From the NCBI RefSeq assembly GCF_009914755.1, contig NC_060938.1: a stretch of DNA of 64,000 nucleotides, one strand, 5' to 3'. This DNA is from the human T2T-CHM13v2.0 reference genome, Homo sapiens. The notes beneath the pieces are model-generated. The model saw only the letters and a list, made by a program, of their open reading frames with translations. It did no database searches and was not told the DNA's origin. Positions 1 to 14,200 of this stretch are shown one piece after another. Each line of letters opens with the position of its first letter. Position 1 is the stretch's first letter. The translations under genes were made by a program, and so were the position numbers.

Positions 1-3000
1 ATTCCATTCTACTCTGGTGGGTTCCATTACTTTCCTTTCCATTCGATTCCATTCCATTCCATTCCATTCCATTCTATTCCATTCCATTCCATTCTACTCT
101 GGTGGGTTCCATTACTTTCCTTTCCATTCGATTCCATTCCATTCGATTCCATTCCATTCCATTCCATTCCATTCCATTTGATTCCATACCGTTCCATTCC
201 ATTCCATACCATTCCATTTCATTCCACTCGGTTTAAATGAATTCCAGTCTATTCCATTCCATTCCATTCCATTCCATTCCATTCCATTCCGCTCGTGTTC
301 ATTCAATTCCATTCTATTCCATTCCATTCCATTCCATTCCATTCCATTCCATTCCATTCCATTCGGGTTGATTCAATTCCATTCTATACCATTCCATTCC
401 ATTCCATTCCATTCCATTTCGTTCAATTCCGCTCGAGTTGATTCAATTCCATTCTATTCCATTCCAATCCATTCCATTCTACTCTGGTTGGTTCCATTAC
501 TTTCCTTTCCATTCGATTCCATTCCATTCCATTCTATTCCATTCCATTCCATTCCATTCTACTCTGGTGGGTTCCATTACATTCCTTTGCATTCGATTCC
601 ATTCGATTCCATTCCATTCCATTCCTTTCCATTCCATTCCATTCCATTCCATTTCACTGAATTCCCTTCCTTTCCATTCCATTCCATTTAATTCCACTCG
701 GGATGATTCATTTCCATTCCATTCCATTCCATTCCATTCCTTTGCATTCCATTCCATTCCATTCCATTCCATTCCATTCCATTCCATTCCACTGAATTCC
801 CTTCCTTTCCATTCCATTCCATTTAATTCCACTCGGGATGATTCATTTCCATTCCATTCCATTCCATTCCATTCCTTTCCATTCAATTCCATTGCGTTAC
901 ATTCAGCTCGGGTTGATTCAATTCCATTCTATTCCATTCCATTCCATTCCATTCTACTCGGGTAGATTCCATTACTTTCATTTCCATTCGATTCCATTCC
1001 ATTCCATTCCACTCCATTCCCTTCCTTTCGTTCCATTCCAATTCTATTCCATTACATTCAATAACATTCCATTCCATTCCATTCCATTCAATTCCATTCC
1101 ATTCCATTCCATTCTATACCATTCCATCCCATTCCACTCGGTGTTGATTCAAATCCATGCTATTCCATCCCATTCCATTACATTACATTCCACTCGAGTT
1201 GATTCAATTCCATTCTATTCCCTTCCATTCCATTCCACTCCATTCCCTTCCATTCCATTCCACTCAGGTTAATTTAATTCAATTCTATTCCGTTCCATTC
1301 CATTCCATTCCTTTACACTCGGGTTGATTCAATTCCACTCCCTTGTATTTTACTACGTTCCATTCCATTCCATTCAATTCCATGGATTCCATTTGTGTTG
1401 ATTCCATTCCATTACATTCCATTACATTCCTTTCCTTTCCATTCCCTTCCATTCCATTCCACTGCACTCCATTCCATTCCATTCCGTTACATTCCATTCC
1501 CTTCCAATCCACAAGGGAGTTGATTTAATTCCATTCTATTCCATTCTATTCCATTGTATTCCATTCCATTCCATTCCATTCCATTCCATTCCATTCCATT
1601 CCATTCCATTCCATTCCGTTTTATTCCACTGAATTCCCTTCCTTTCCATTCCATTCCATTTAATTCCACTCGGGATGATTCATTTCCATTGAATTCCATT
1701 CCATTCCATTCCTTTCCCCTCGGGTTGATTCAATTCCATTCTACTCCATTCCATTCCATTCCATTCGGGTTGCTTCAATTCCATTCTATGCCATTCCATT
1801 CCATTCCATTCCATTCCTTTCCATTCAATTCCATTGCGTTCCATTCAGCTCGGGTTCATACAATTCCATTCTATTCCATTCCATTCCATTCCATTCTACT
1901 CGGGTGGATTCCATTACTTTCATTTCCATTCGATTCCATTCCATTCCATTCCACTCCATTCCCTTCCTTTCGTTCCATTCCAATGAAACCCACTCGGGTT
2001 GATTCCATTCCATTCCATCCCATTCCATTGCACTCCATTCCATTCCGTTCCTTTCCACTCGGGTTGATTCAATTCCATTCTATTCCATTCCATCGCATTC
2101 CATTACAATCGATTCCATTCCACACGGGTGGATTCAATTCTGTTCTATTCCATTGCATTCCATTTACCTCCATTGCATTCAATTCCATTCCATTCCATTC
2201 CATTCCACTAGGGTGATTCCATTCATTTCTATTCCATTCCATTCCATTCCATTCAATTCCACTCCGGTTGACTCAATTCCATTATATTGAATTCCATTCC
2301 ATTCCATTCCATTCCATTCAATTCCTCTCGGGTTGAGTCGTTTCCATTCTGTTCCATTCCCATCCATTCCTTTCCATTCCATTCCATTCAATTCCTCTCG
2401 GGTTGAGTCGATTCCATTCTGTTCCATTCCATTCCATTCCGATCCACTCGGGTTGATTAAATACCATTATATTCCATTCCATTCCATTCCATTCCATTCC
2501 ATTCCATTCCATACCATTCCATTCCATTAAACTCGGTTTAAATGAATTCCAGTCTATTCCATTCCAATCAATTCCATTCCATTTCATTCCACTCGGGTTA
2601 GTTGCATTTCATTCCGTTCCATTCCATTCCATTCCATTATATTCCATTCGACTCGGGTTGATTCAATTCCATTCTATTCCATTCCATTCCATTCCATTCC
2701 ATTCCATTCCATTCCATACCATTCCATCCCATTCCACTCGGTGTTGATTCAAATCCATGCTATTCCATCCCATTCCATTACTTTACATTCCACTCGAGTT
2801 GATTCAATTCCATTCTATTCCCTTCCATTCCATTCCACTCCATTCCCTTCCATTCCATTCCACTCAGGTTAATTTAATTCAATTCTATTCCGTTCCATTC
2901 CATTCCATTCCTTTACACTCGGGTTCATTCAATTCCACTCCCTTGTATTTCACTACGTTCCATTCCATTCCATTCAATTCCATTGATTCCATTCGTGTTG

Positions 3001-4284
3001 ATTCCATTCCATTACATTCCATTACATTCCTTTCCTTTCCATTCCCTTCCATTCCGTTCCACTGCACTCCATTCCATTCCATTCCATTAAATTCCATTCC
3101 CTTTTATTCCACAAGGGAGTTGATTTAATTCCATTCTATTCTATTCTATTCCATTGTATTCCATTCCATTCCATTCCATTCCGTTCTATTCCACTCCATT
3201 CCATTCCTTTCCATTCCATTCCATTCCATTCCATACCACGTGGGTTGATTCAATTCCATTCTATTCCATTGCATTCCATTCCATTCCATTCCATTTCATT
3301 CCCTTCAATTCCACTCGGGTTGATTCAATTCCGTTCTATTCTACTCCATTCCATTCCTTTCAATTCCATTCCACTTGGGTTGATTCAATTCCTTTCTATT
3401 CCACTCCATTCCATTAAATTCGATTCCATTCCATTCGATTCCCCTCCATTCCATTCCATTCCACAGGGGTTGATTCAATTCCTATCTGTTCCATTCCAGT
3501 CCTTTCCATTCAATTCCATTCCATTCCATTCGATTCCACTCCATTCATTTCCTTTCCATTCCATTCCATTCCATTCCATCCCATCCCATTCTCTTCCACT
3601 CGGGGTTGATTCAAATCCATTCTATTCCATTCCATTCTATTCCATTCCATTCCATTCTACTCGGGTATATTCAGTTGCATTCTGTTGTATTCCATTCCAT
3701 TCCATTCCATTCCATTCCATTCCATTCCATTCCATTCCACTCCATTCCACTCATGTTAATGCAATTCATTTCTATTCCATTCCATTCCATTCCATTCCAT
3801 TCCACTCCATTCCTTTCGGTTTGATTCCATTCCATTCTATTCAATTACATTCCTTTCCGTTCCATACCATTCCATTCCTTTGCATTACACTTGGGTTTAT
3901 TCAGTTGCATTCTATTCCAATCCATTTCATTCCATTCTATTCCATTCCATTCCATTCCACTCGGGTTGATTCCATTCAATTCTTTTCTATTCCATTCCTT
4001 TCCAATCGAGCAGTTTCAATTCCATTCTATACCACTCCATTCCATTTCATTCAATTCCATTCCATTCCATTCTATTCCACTCTGGGTGACTCAATTCCAT
4101 TATATTCTATTCCATTCCATTCAATTCCATTCCTCTCGGGTTGATTCAATTCCGTTGTTTTCCATTCCATTCCATTCCATTCCACTCGGGTTGATTAAAT
4201 ACCATTATACTCCATTCGATTCCACTCCATTCCATTCCATTCCATTCCATTCCATACCATTCCATTCCATTCCACTCGGTTTAA

Positions 4285-6922
4285 ATGAATTGCAGTCTAT
4301 TCCATTCCATTCCATGCCATTCCATGCAACTCCATTCCATTCCACTCGGGTTGATTCAATTCCATTCTAATACATTCCATTCCATTCTATTCCATTCCAT
4401 TCCATTCCATTCCATTCCATTCCATTCCATTCCATTCGGGTTGATTCAATTCCATTCTATGCCATTCCATTCCATTCCATTCCATTCCGTTCCATTCCAT
4501 ATCGTTCAATTCCGCTCGAGTTTATTCAATTCCATTGTATTCCATTCCATTCTATTCCATTCTACTCTGGGGGGTTCCATTACTTTCCTTTCCATTCGAT
4601 TCCATTCCATTCGATTCCATTCCATTCCATTCCATTCCATTCCATTCCATTCTACTCTGGTGGGTTCCATTACTTTCCTTTCTATTCGATTCCATTCCAT
4701 TCGATTCCATTCCATTCCATTCCATTCTATTCCATTCCATTCCATTTGATACCATACCATTCCATTCCATTCCATACCATTCCATTCCATTCCACTCGGT
4801 TTAAATGAATGCCAGTCTATTCCATTCCATTCCATTCCATTCCATTCTGCTCGTGTTCATTCAATTCCATTCTATTCCATTCCATTCCATTCCTTTCCAT
4901 TCCATTCCATTCCACTAGGGTTGATTCCATTCATTTCTATTCCATTCCATTCCATTCCATTCAATTCCACTGCGGTTGACTCAATTCCATTATATTGAAT
5001 TCCATTCCATTCCATTCCATTCCATTCCATTCCTCTCGGGTTGAGTCGGTTCCATTCTGTTCCATTCCATTCCATTCCGATCCACTCGGGTTGATTAAAT
5101 ACCATTATATTCCATTCCATTCCATTCCATTCCATTCCATTCCATACCATTCCATTCCATTAAACTCGGTTTAAATGAATTCCAGTCTATTCCATTCCAA
5201 TCAATTCCATTCCATTCCATTCCACTCGGGTTAGTTGCATTTCATTCCATTCCATTCCATTCCATTCCATTCCATTATATTCCATTCCACTCGGGTTGAT
5301 TCAATTCCATTCTATTCCATTCCATTCAATTACATTCCATTCCATTCCATTCCATACCATTCCATCCCATTCCACTCGGTGTTGATTCAAATCCATGCTA
5401 TTCCATCCCATTCCATTACATTACATTCCACTCGAGTTGATTCAATTCCATTCTATTCCCTTCCATTCCATTCCACTCCATTCCCTTCCATTCCATTCCA
5501 CTCAGGTTAATTTAATTCAATTCTATTCCGTTCCATTCCATTCCATTCCTTTACAATCGGGTTGATTCAATTCCACTCCCTTGTATTTCACTACGTTCCA
5601 TTCCATTCCATTCAATTCCATTGATTCCATTCGTGTTGATTCCATTCCATTCCATTCCATTACATTCCTTTCCTTTACATTACCTTCCATTCCATTCCAC
5701 TACACTCCATTCCCTTCCATTCCATTAAATTCCATTCCCTTTTATTCCACAAGGGAGTTGATTTAATTCCATTCTATTCTATTCTATTCCATTGTATTCC
5801 ATTCCATTCCATCCCATTCCGTTCTATTCCACTCCATTCCATTCCTTTCCATTCCATTCCATTCTATTCCATAACACGTGGGTTGATTCAATTCCATTCT
5901 ATTCCATTGCATTCCATTCCATTCCATTCCATTTCCTTCCCTTCAATTCCACTCGGGTTGATTCAATTCCGTTCTATTCTACTCCATTCCATTCCTTTCA
6001 ATTCCATTCCACTTGGGTTGATTCAATTCCTTTCTATTCCACTCCATTCCATTAAATTTGATTCCATTCCATTCGATTCCCCTCCATTCCATTCCATTCC
6101 ACAGGGGTTGATTCAATTCCTATCTGTTCCATTCCAGTCCTTTCCATTCAATTCCATTCCATTCCATTCGATTCCACTCCATTCATTTCCTTTCCATTCC
6201 ATTCCATTCCATTCCATCCCATCCCATTCTGTTCCACTCGGGGTTGATTCAAATCCATTCTATTCCATTCCATTCCATTCTACTCGGGTATATTCAATTG
6301 CATTCTGTTGTATTCCATTCCATTCCATTCCATTCCATTCCACTCCATTCCACTCATGTTAATGCAATTCATTTCTATTCCATTCCATTCCATTCCATTC
6401 CATTCCACTCCATTCCTTTCGGTTTGATTCCATTCCATTCTATTCAATTACATTCCTTTCCGTTCCATACCATTCCATTCCATTGCATTACACTTGGGTT
6501 TATTCAGTTGCATTCTATTCCATTCCATTTCATTCCATTCTATTCCATTCCATTCCATTCCACTCGAGTTGATTCCATTCAATTCTATTCCATTCCATTC
6601 CATTCCAATCGAGCAGATTCAATTACATTCTATACCGCTCCATTCCATTTCATTCAATTCCATTCCATTCCATTCTATTCCACTCTGGGTGACTCAATTC
6701 CATTATATTCTATTCCATTCCATTCAATTCCATTCCTCTCAGGTTGATTCGATTCCGTTGTTTTCCATTCCATTCCATTCCATTCCACTCGGGTTGATTA
6801 AATACCATTATATTCCATTCGATTCCACTCCATTCCATGCCATTCCATTCCATTCCATTCCATTTCATTCCATACCATTCCATTCCATTCCATACCATTC
6901 CATTCCATTCCACTCGGTTTAA
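4285..6922 (+). repeat. Truncated ~2.64 kb unit
   Basis: Pseudo-ORF pairs 3154/5792, 3245/5883, 3606/6244 and 4285/6923 are all offset by 2638. At ~4,860-4,915 the sequence jumps from GCTCGTGTTC directly to ACTAGGGTTG, omitting the AATGAAACCC-containing part. Confidence 0.85.
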
Positions 6923-8260
6923 ATGAATTGCAGTCTATTCCATTCCATTCCATGCCATTCCATGCAACTCCATTCCATTCCACTCGGGTTGATTCAATTC
7001 CATTCTAATACATTCCATTCCATTCCATTCCATTCCATTCCATTCCATTCCATTCGGGTTGATTCAATTCCATTCTATACCATTCCATTCCATTCCATTC
7101 CATTCCATTTCGTTCAATTCCGCTCGAGTTGATTCAATTCCATTGTATTCCATTTCATTCCATTCCATTTTACTCTGGTGGGTTCCATTACTTTACTTTC
7201 CATTCGATTCCATTCCATTCCATTCCATTCCATTCCATTCCATTCCATTCCATACCATTCCATTCCATTCCACTCGGTTTAAATGAATTCCAGTCTATTC
7301 CATTCCATTCCATTCCATTGCATTCCATTCCATTCCATTCCATTCCATGCCAATCCATTCCATTCCTCTCGGGTTGATTCAATTCCATTCTAATACATTC
7401 CATTCCTTTCCATTCCATTCCATTCCATTCCGCTCGTGTTCACTCAATTCCATTCCATTCCATTCCATTCCATTCCATTCCATTCCATTCGGGTTGATTC
7501 AATTCCATTCTATACCATTCCATTCCATTCCATTCCATTCCATTCCATTTCGTTCAATTCCGCTCGAGTTGATTCAATTCCATTCTATTCCATTCCATTC
7601 CATTCCATTCCATTCTACTCTGGTGGGTTCCATTAATTTCCTTTCCATTCGATTCCATTCCATTCCATTCTATTCCATTCCATTCCATTCCATTCTACTG
7701 TGGTGGGTTCCATTACTTTCCTTTCCATTCGATTCCATTCGATTCCATTCGATTCCATTCGATTCGATTCCATTCCATTCCATTCCATTCCATTCCATTC
7801 CACTGAATTCCCTTCCTTTCCATTCCATTCCATTTAATTCCACTCGGGATGATTCATTTCCATTGAATTCCATTCCATTCCATTCCTTTCCCCTCGGGTT
7901 GATTCAATTCCATTCTACTCCATTCCATTCCATTCCATTCCATTCCATTCCATTCCATTCCATTCCGCTCGTGTTCATTCAATTCCATTCTATTCCATTC
8001 CATTCCATTCCTTTGCATTACATTCCATTCCATTCCATTCGGGTTGATTCAATTCCATTCTATGCCATTACTTTCCATTCCATTCCATTCCATTCCTTTC
8101 CATTCAATTCCATTGCGTTCCATTCAGCTCGGGTTCATTCAATTCCATTCTATTCCATTCCATTCCATTCCATTCTACTCGGGTGGATTCCATTACTTTC
8201 ATTTCCATTCGATTCCATTCCATTCCATTCCACTCCATTCCCTTCCTTTGGTTCCATTCC

Positions 8261-11200
8261 AATGAAACCCACTCGGGTTGATTCCATTCCATTCCATCCC
8301 ATTCCATTCCACTCCATTCCATTCCGTTCCTTTCCACTCGTGTTCATTCATTTCCATTCTATTCCATTCCATTCCATTCCATTCCAATCGATTCCATTCC
8401 ACACGGGTTGATTCAATTCTGTTCTATTCCATTGCATTCCATTTACCTCCATTGCATTCCATTCCATTCCATTCCACTCCATTCCACTAGGGTTGATTCC
8501 ATTCATTTCTATTCCATTCCATTCCATTCCATTCAATTCCCCTCCGGTTGACTCAATTCCATTATACTGAATTCCATTCCATTCCATTCCATTCCATTCA
8601 ATTCCTGTCGGGTTGAGTCGATTCCATTCTGTTCCATTCCTTTCCATTCCATTCCATTCCGATCCACTCGCGTTGATTAAATACCATTATATTCCATTTC
8701 ATTCCATTCCATTCCATTCCATTCCATTCCATACCATTCCATTCCATTAAACTCGGTTTAAATGAATTCCAGTCTATTCCATTCCAATCAATTCCATTCC
8801 ATTCCATTCCACTCGGGTTAGTTGCATTTCATTCCATTCCATTCCATTCAATTCCATTATATTCCATTCCACTCGGGTTGATTCAATTCCATTCTATTCC
8901 ATTCCATTCCATACCATTCCATCCCATTCCACTCGGTGTTGATTCAAATCTATGCTATTCCATCCCATTCCATTACATTACATTCCACTCGAGTTGATTC
9001 CATTCCACTCCATTCCCTTCCATTCCATTCCACTCAGGTTAATTTAATTCAATTCTATTCCGTTCCATTCCATTCCATTCCTTTACACTCGGGTTGAGTC
9101 AATTCCACTCCCTTGTATTTCACTATTTTCCATTCCATTCCATTCAATTCCATTGATTCCATTCGTGTTGATTCCATTCCATTACATTCCATTACATTCC
9201 CTTCCTTTCCATTCCCTTCCATTCCATTCCACTGCACTCCATCTAATTCCATTCCGTTAAATTCCATTCCCTTTTATTCCATAAGGGAGTTGATTTAAAT
9301 ACATTCTATTCTATTCTATTCCATTGTATTCCATTCCATTCCATTCCATTCCGTTCTATTCCACTCCATTCCATTCCTTTCCATTCCATTCCATTCCATT
9401 CCATACCACGTGGGTTGATTCAATTCCATTCTATTCCATTGCATTCCATTCCATTCCATTCCATTTCATTCCCTTCAATTCCACTCGGGTTGATTCAATT
9501 CCGTTCTATTCTACTCCATTCCATTCCTTTCAATTCCATTCCACTTGGGTTGATTCAATTCCTTTCTATTCCACTCCATTCCATTAAATTCGATTCCATT
9601 CCATTCGATTCCCCTCCATTCCATTCCATTCCACAGGGGTTGATTCAATTCCTATCTGTTCCATTCCAGTCCTTTCCATTCAATTCCATTCCATTCCATT
9701 CGATTCCACTCCATTCATTTCCTTTCCATTCCATTCCATTCCATTCCCTCCCATCCCATTCTGTTCCAGTCGGGGTTGATTCAAATCCATACTATTCCAT
9801 TCCATTCTTTTCCATTCCATTCCATTCTACTCGGGTATATTCAATTGCATTCTGTTGTATTCCATTCCATTCCATTCCATTCCATTCCACTCCACTCCAT
9901 TCCAATCATGTTAATTCAATTCATTTCTATTCCATTCCATTCCATTCCATTCCATTCCACTCCATTCCATTCTGTTTGATTCCATTCCATTCTATTCAAT
10001 TACATTCCTTTCCGTTCCATACCATTCCATTCCATTGCATTCCACTTGGGTTTATTCAGTTGCATTCTATTCCATTCCATTTCATTCCATTCTATTCCAT
10101 TCCATTCCATTCCACTCGGGTTGATTCCATTCAATTCCATTCCATTCCATTCCATTCCAATCGAGCAGTTTCAATTCCATTCTATACCACTCCATTCCAT
10201 TTCATTCCATTCCATTCCATTCCATTCTATTCCACTCTGGGTGACTCAATTCCATTATATTCTATTCCATTCCATTCAATTCCATTCCTCTCAGGTTGAT
10301 TCGATTCCGTTGTTTTCCAATCCATTCCATTCCATTCCATTCCATTCCATTCCACTGGGGTTGATTAAATACCATTATATTCCATTCGATTCCACTCCAT
10401 TCCATTCCATTCCATTCCATTCCATTCCATTCCATTCCATTTCATTCCATACCATTCCATTCCATTCCATATCATTCCATTCCATTCCATTCCATTCCAT
10501 TCCATTTCATTCCATACCATTCCATTCCATTCCATACCATTCCATTCCATTCCACTCGGTTTAAATGAATTCCAGTCTATTCCATTCCATTCCATGCCAT
10601 TCCATGCAACTCCATTCCATTCCACTCGGGTTGATTCAATTCCATTCTAATACATTACATTCCATTCCATTCCATTCCATTCCATTCGGGTTGATTCAAT
10701 TCCATTCTATACCATTCCATTCCATTCCATTCCGTTCCATTCCATTCCATTCCATTTTGTTCAATTCCGCTCGAGTTGATTCAATTCCATTGTATTCCAT
10801 TCCATTCCATTCCATTCTACTCTGGTGGGTTCCATTACTTTCCTTTCCATTCGATTCCATTCCATTCCATTCCATTCCATTCTATTCCATTCCATTCCAT
10901 TCTACTCTGGTGGGTTCCATTACTTTCCTTTCCATTCGATTCCATTCCATTCGATTCCATTCCATTCCATTCCATTCCATTCCATTCCATTCCATTTGAT
11001 TCCATTCCATTCCATTCCATTCCATACCATTCCATTTCATTCCACTCGGTTTAAATGAATTCCAGTCTATTCCATTCCATTCCATTCCATTCCATTCCAT
11101 TCCATTCCGCTCGTGTTCATTCAATTCCATTCTATTCCATTCCATTCCATTCCATTCCATTCCATTCGGGTTGATTCAATTCCATTCTATACCATTCCAT

Positions 11201-14200
11201 TCCATTCCATTCCATTCCATTCCATTCCATTCGGGTTGATTCAATTCCATTCTATACCATTCCATTCCATTCCATTCCATTCCATTTCGTTCAATTCCGC
11301 TCGAGTTGATTCAATTCCATTCTATTCCATTCCATTCCATTCCATTCTACTCTGGTGGGTTCCATTACTTTCCTTTCCATTCGATTCCATTCCATTCCAT
11401 TCTATTCCATTCCATTCCATTCCATTCTACTCTGGTGGGTTCCATTACTTTCCTTTGCATTCGATTCCATTCGATTCCATTCCAATCCATTCCTTTCCAT
11501 TCCATTCCATTCCATTCCATTCCATTCCACTGAATTCCCTTCCTTTCCATTCCATTCCATTTAATTCCACTCGGGATGATTCATTTCCATTCCATTCCAT
11601 TCCATTCCATTCCTTTGCATTCCATTCCATTCCATTCCATTCCATTCCATTCCATTCCACTGAATTCCCTTCCTTTCCATTCCATTCCATTTAATTCCAC
11701 TCGGGATGATTCATTTCCATTCCATTCCATTCCATTCCATTCCTTTCCATTCAATTCCATTGCGTTACATTCAGCTCGGGTTGATTCAATTCCATTCTAT
11801 TCCATTCCATTCCATTCCATTCTACTCGGGTAGATTCCATTACTTTCATTTCCATTCGATTCCATTCCATTCCATTCCACTCCATTCCCTTCCTTTCGTT
11901 CCATTCCAATTCTATTCCATTACATTCAATAACATTCCATTCCATTCCATTCCATTCAATTCCATTCCATTCCATTCCATTCCATACCATTCCATCCCAT
12001 TCCACTCGGTGTTGATTCAAATCCATGCTATTCCATCCCATTCCATTACATTACATTCCACTCGAGTTGATTCAATTCCATTCTATTCCCTTCCATTCCA
12101 TTCCACTCCATTCCCTTCCATTCCATTCCACTCAGGTTAATTTAATTCAATTCTATTCCGTTCCATTCCATTCCATTCCTTTACACTCGGGTTGATTCAA
12201 TTCCACTCCCTTGTATTTCACTACGTTCCATTCCATTCCATTCAATTCCATGGATTCCATTCGTGTTGATTCCATTCCATTACATTCCATTACATTCCTT
12301 TCCTTTCCATTCCCTTCCATTCCATTCCACTGCACTCTATTCCATTCCATTCCGTTACATTCCATTCCCTTCCAATCCACAAGGGAGTTGATTTAATTCC
12401 ATTCTATTCCATTCTATTCCATTGTATTCCATTCCATTCCATTCCATTCCATTCCATTCCATTCCATTCCATTCCATTCCGTTCTATTCCACTGAATTCC
12501 CTTCCTTTCCATTCCATTCCATTTAATTCCACTCGGGATGATTCATTTCCATTGAATTCCATTCCATTCCATTCCTTTCCCCTCGGGTTGATTCAATTCC
12601 ATTCTACTCCATTCCATTCCATTCCATTCGGGTTGCTTCAATTCCGTTCTATGCCATTCCATTCCATTCCATTCCATTCCTTTCCATTCAATTCCATTGC
12701 GTTCCATTCAGCTCGGGTTCATACAATTCCATTCTATTCCATTCCATTCCATTCCATTCTACTCGGGTGGATTCCATTACTTTCATTTCCATTCGATTCC
12801 ATTCCATTCCATTCCACTCCATTCCCTTCCTTTCGTTCCATTCCAATGAAACCCACTCGGGTTGATTCCATTCCATTCCATCCCATTCCATTGCACTCCA
12901 TTCCATTCCGTTCCTTTCCACTCGGGTTGATTCAATTCCATTCTATTCCATTCCATCGCATTCCATTACAACCGATTCCATTCCACACGGGTTGATTCAA
13001 TTCTGTTCTATTCCATTGCATTCCATTTACCTCCATTGCATTCCATTCCATTCCATTCCATTCCATTCCATTCCACTAGGGTGATTCCATTCATTTCTAT
13101 TCCATTCCATTCCATTCCATTCAATTCCACTCCGGTTGACTCAATTCCATTATATTGAATTCCATTCCATTCCATTCCATTCCATTCAATTCTTCTCGGG
13201 TTGAGTCGTTTCCATTCTGTTCCATTCCCTTCCATTCCTTTCCATTCCATTCCATGCAATTCCTCTCGGGTTGAGTCGATTCCATTCTGTTCCATTCCAT
13301 TCCATTCCGATCCACTCGGGTGAATTAAATACCATTATATTCCATTCCATTCCATTCCATTCCATTCCATTCCATTCCATTCCATACCATTCCATTCCAT
13401 TAAACTCGGTTTAAATGAATTCCAGTCTATTCCATTCCAATCAATTCCATTCCATTCCATTCCTCTCGGGTTAGTTGCATTTCATTCCGTTCCATTCCAT
13501 TCCATTCCATTATATTCCATTCCACTCGGGTTGATTCAATTCCATTCTATTCCATTCCATTCAATTCCATTCCATTCCATTCCATTCCATACCATTCCAT
13601 CCCATTCCACTCGGTGTTGATTCAAATCCATGCTATTCCATCCCATTCCATTAATTTACATTCCACTCGAGTTGATTCAATTCCATTCTATTCCCTTCCA
13701 TTCCATTCCACTCCATTCCCTTCCATTCCATTCCACTCAGGTTAATTTAATTCAATTCTATTCCGTTCCATTCCATTCCATTCCTTTACTCTCGGGTTGA
13801 TTCAATTCCACTCCCTTGTATTTCACTACGTTCCATTCCATTCCATTCAATTCCATTGATTCCATTCGTGTTGATTCCATTCCATTACATTCCATTACAT
13901 TCCTTTCCTTTCCATTCCCTTCCATTTCATTCCACTGCACTCCATTCCATTCCATTCCATTAAATTCCATTCCCTTTTATTCCACAAGGGAGTTGATTTA
14001 ATTCCATTCTATTCTATTCTATTCCATTGTATTCCATTCCATTCCATTCCATTCCGTTCTATTCCACTCCATTCCATTCCTTTCCATTCCATTCCATTCC
14101 ATTCCATACCACGTGGGTTGATTCAATTCCATTCTATTCCATTGCATTCCATTCCATTCCATTCCATTTCATTCCCTTCAATTCCACTCGGGTTGATTCA

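Noticed and set aside
11160-11270. 65-bp duplication of CGGGTTGATTCAATTCCATTCTATACC, and similar small indels (~8,990, ~41,470, ~56,120, ~56,430)
   Set aside because: These are real but routine slippage or unequal-exchange events in satellite DNA and carry no separate significance.
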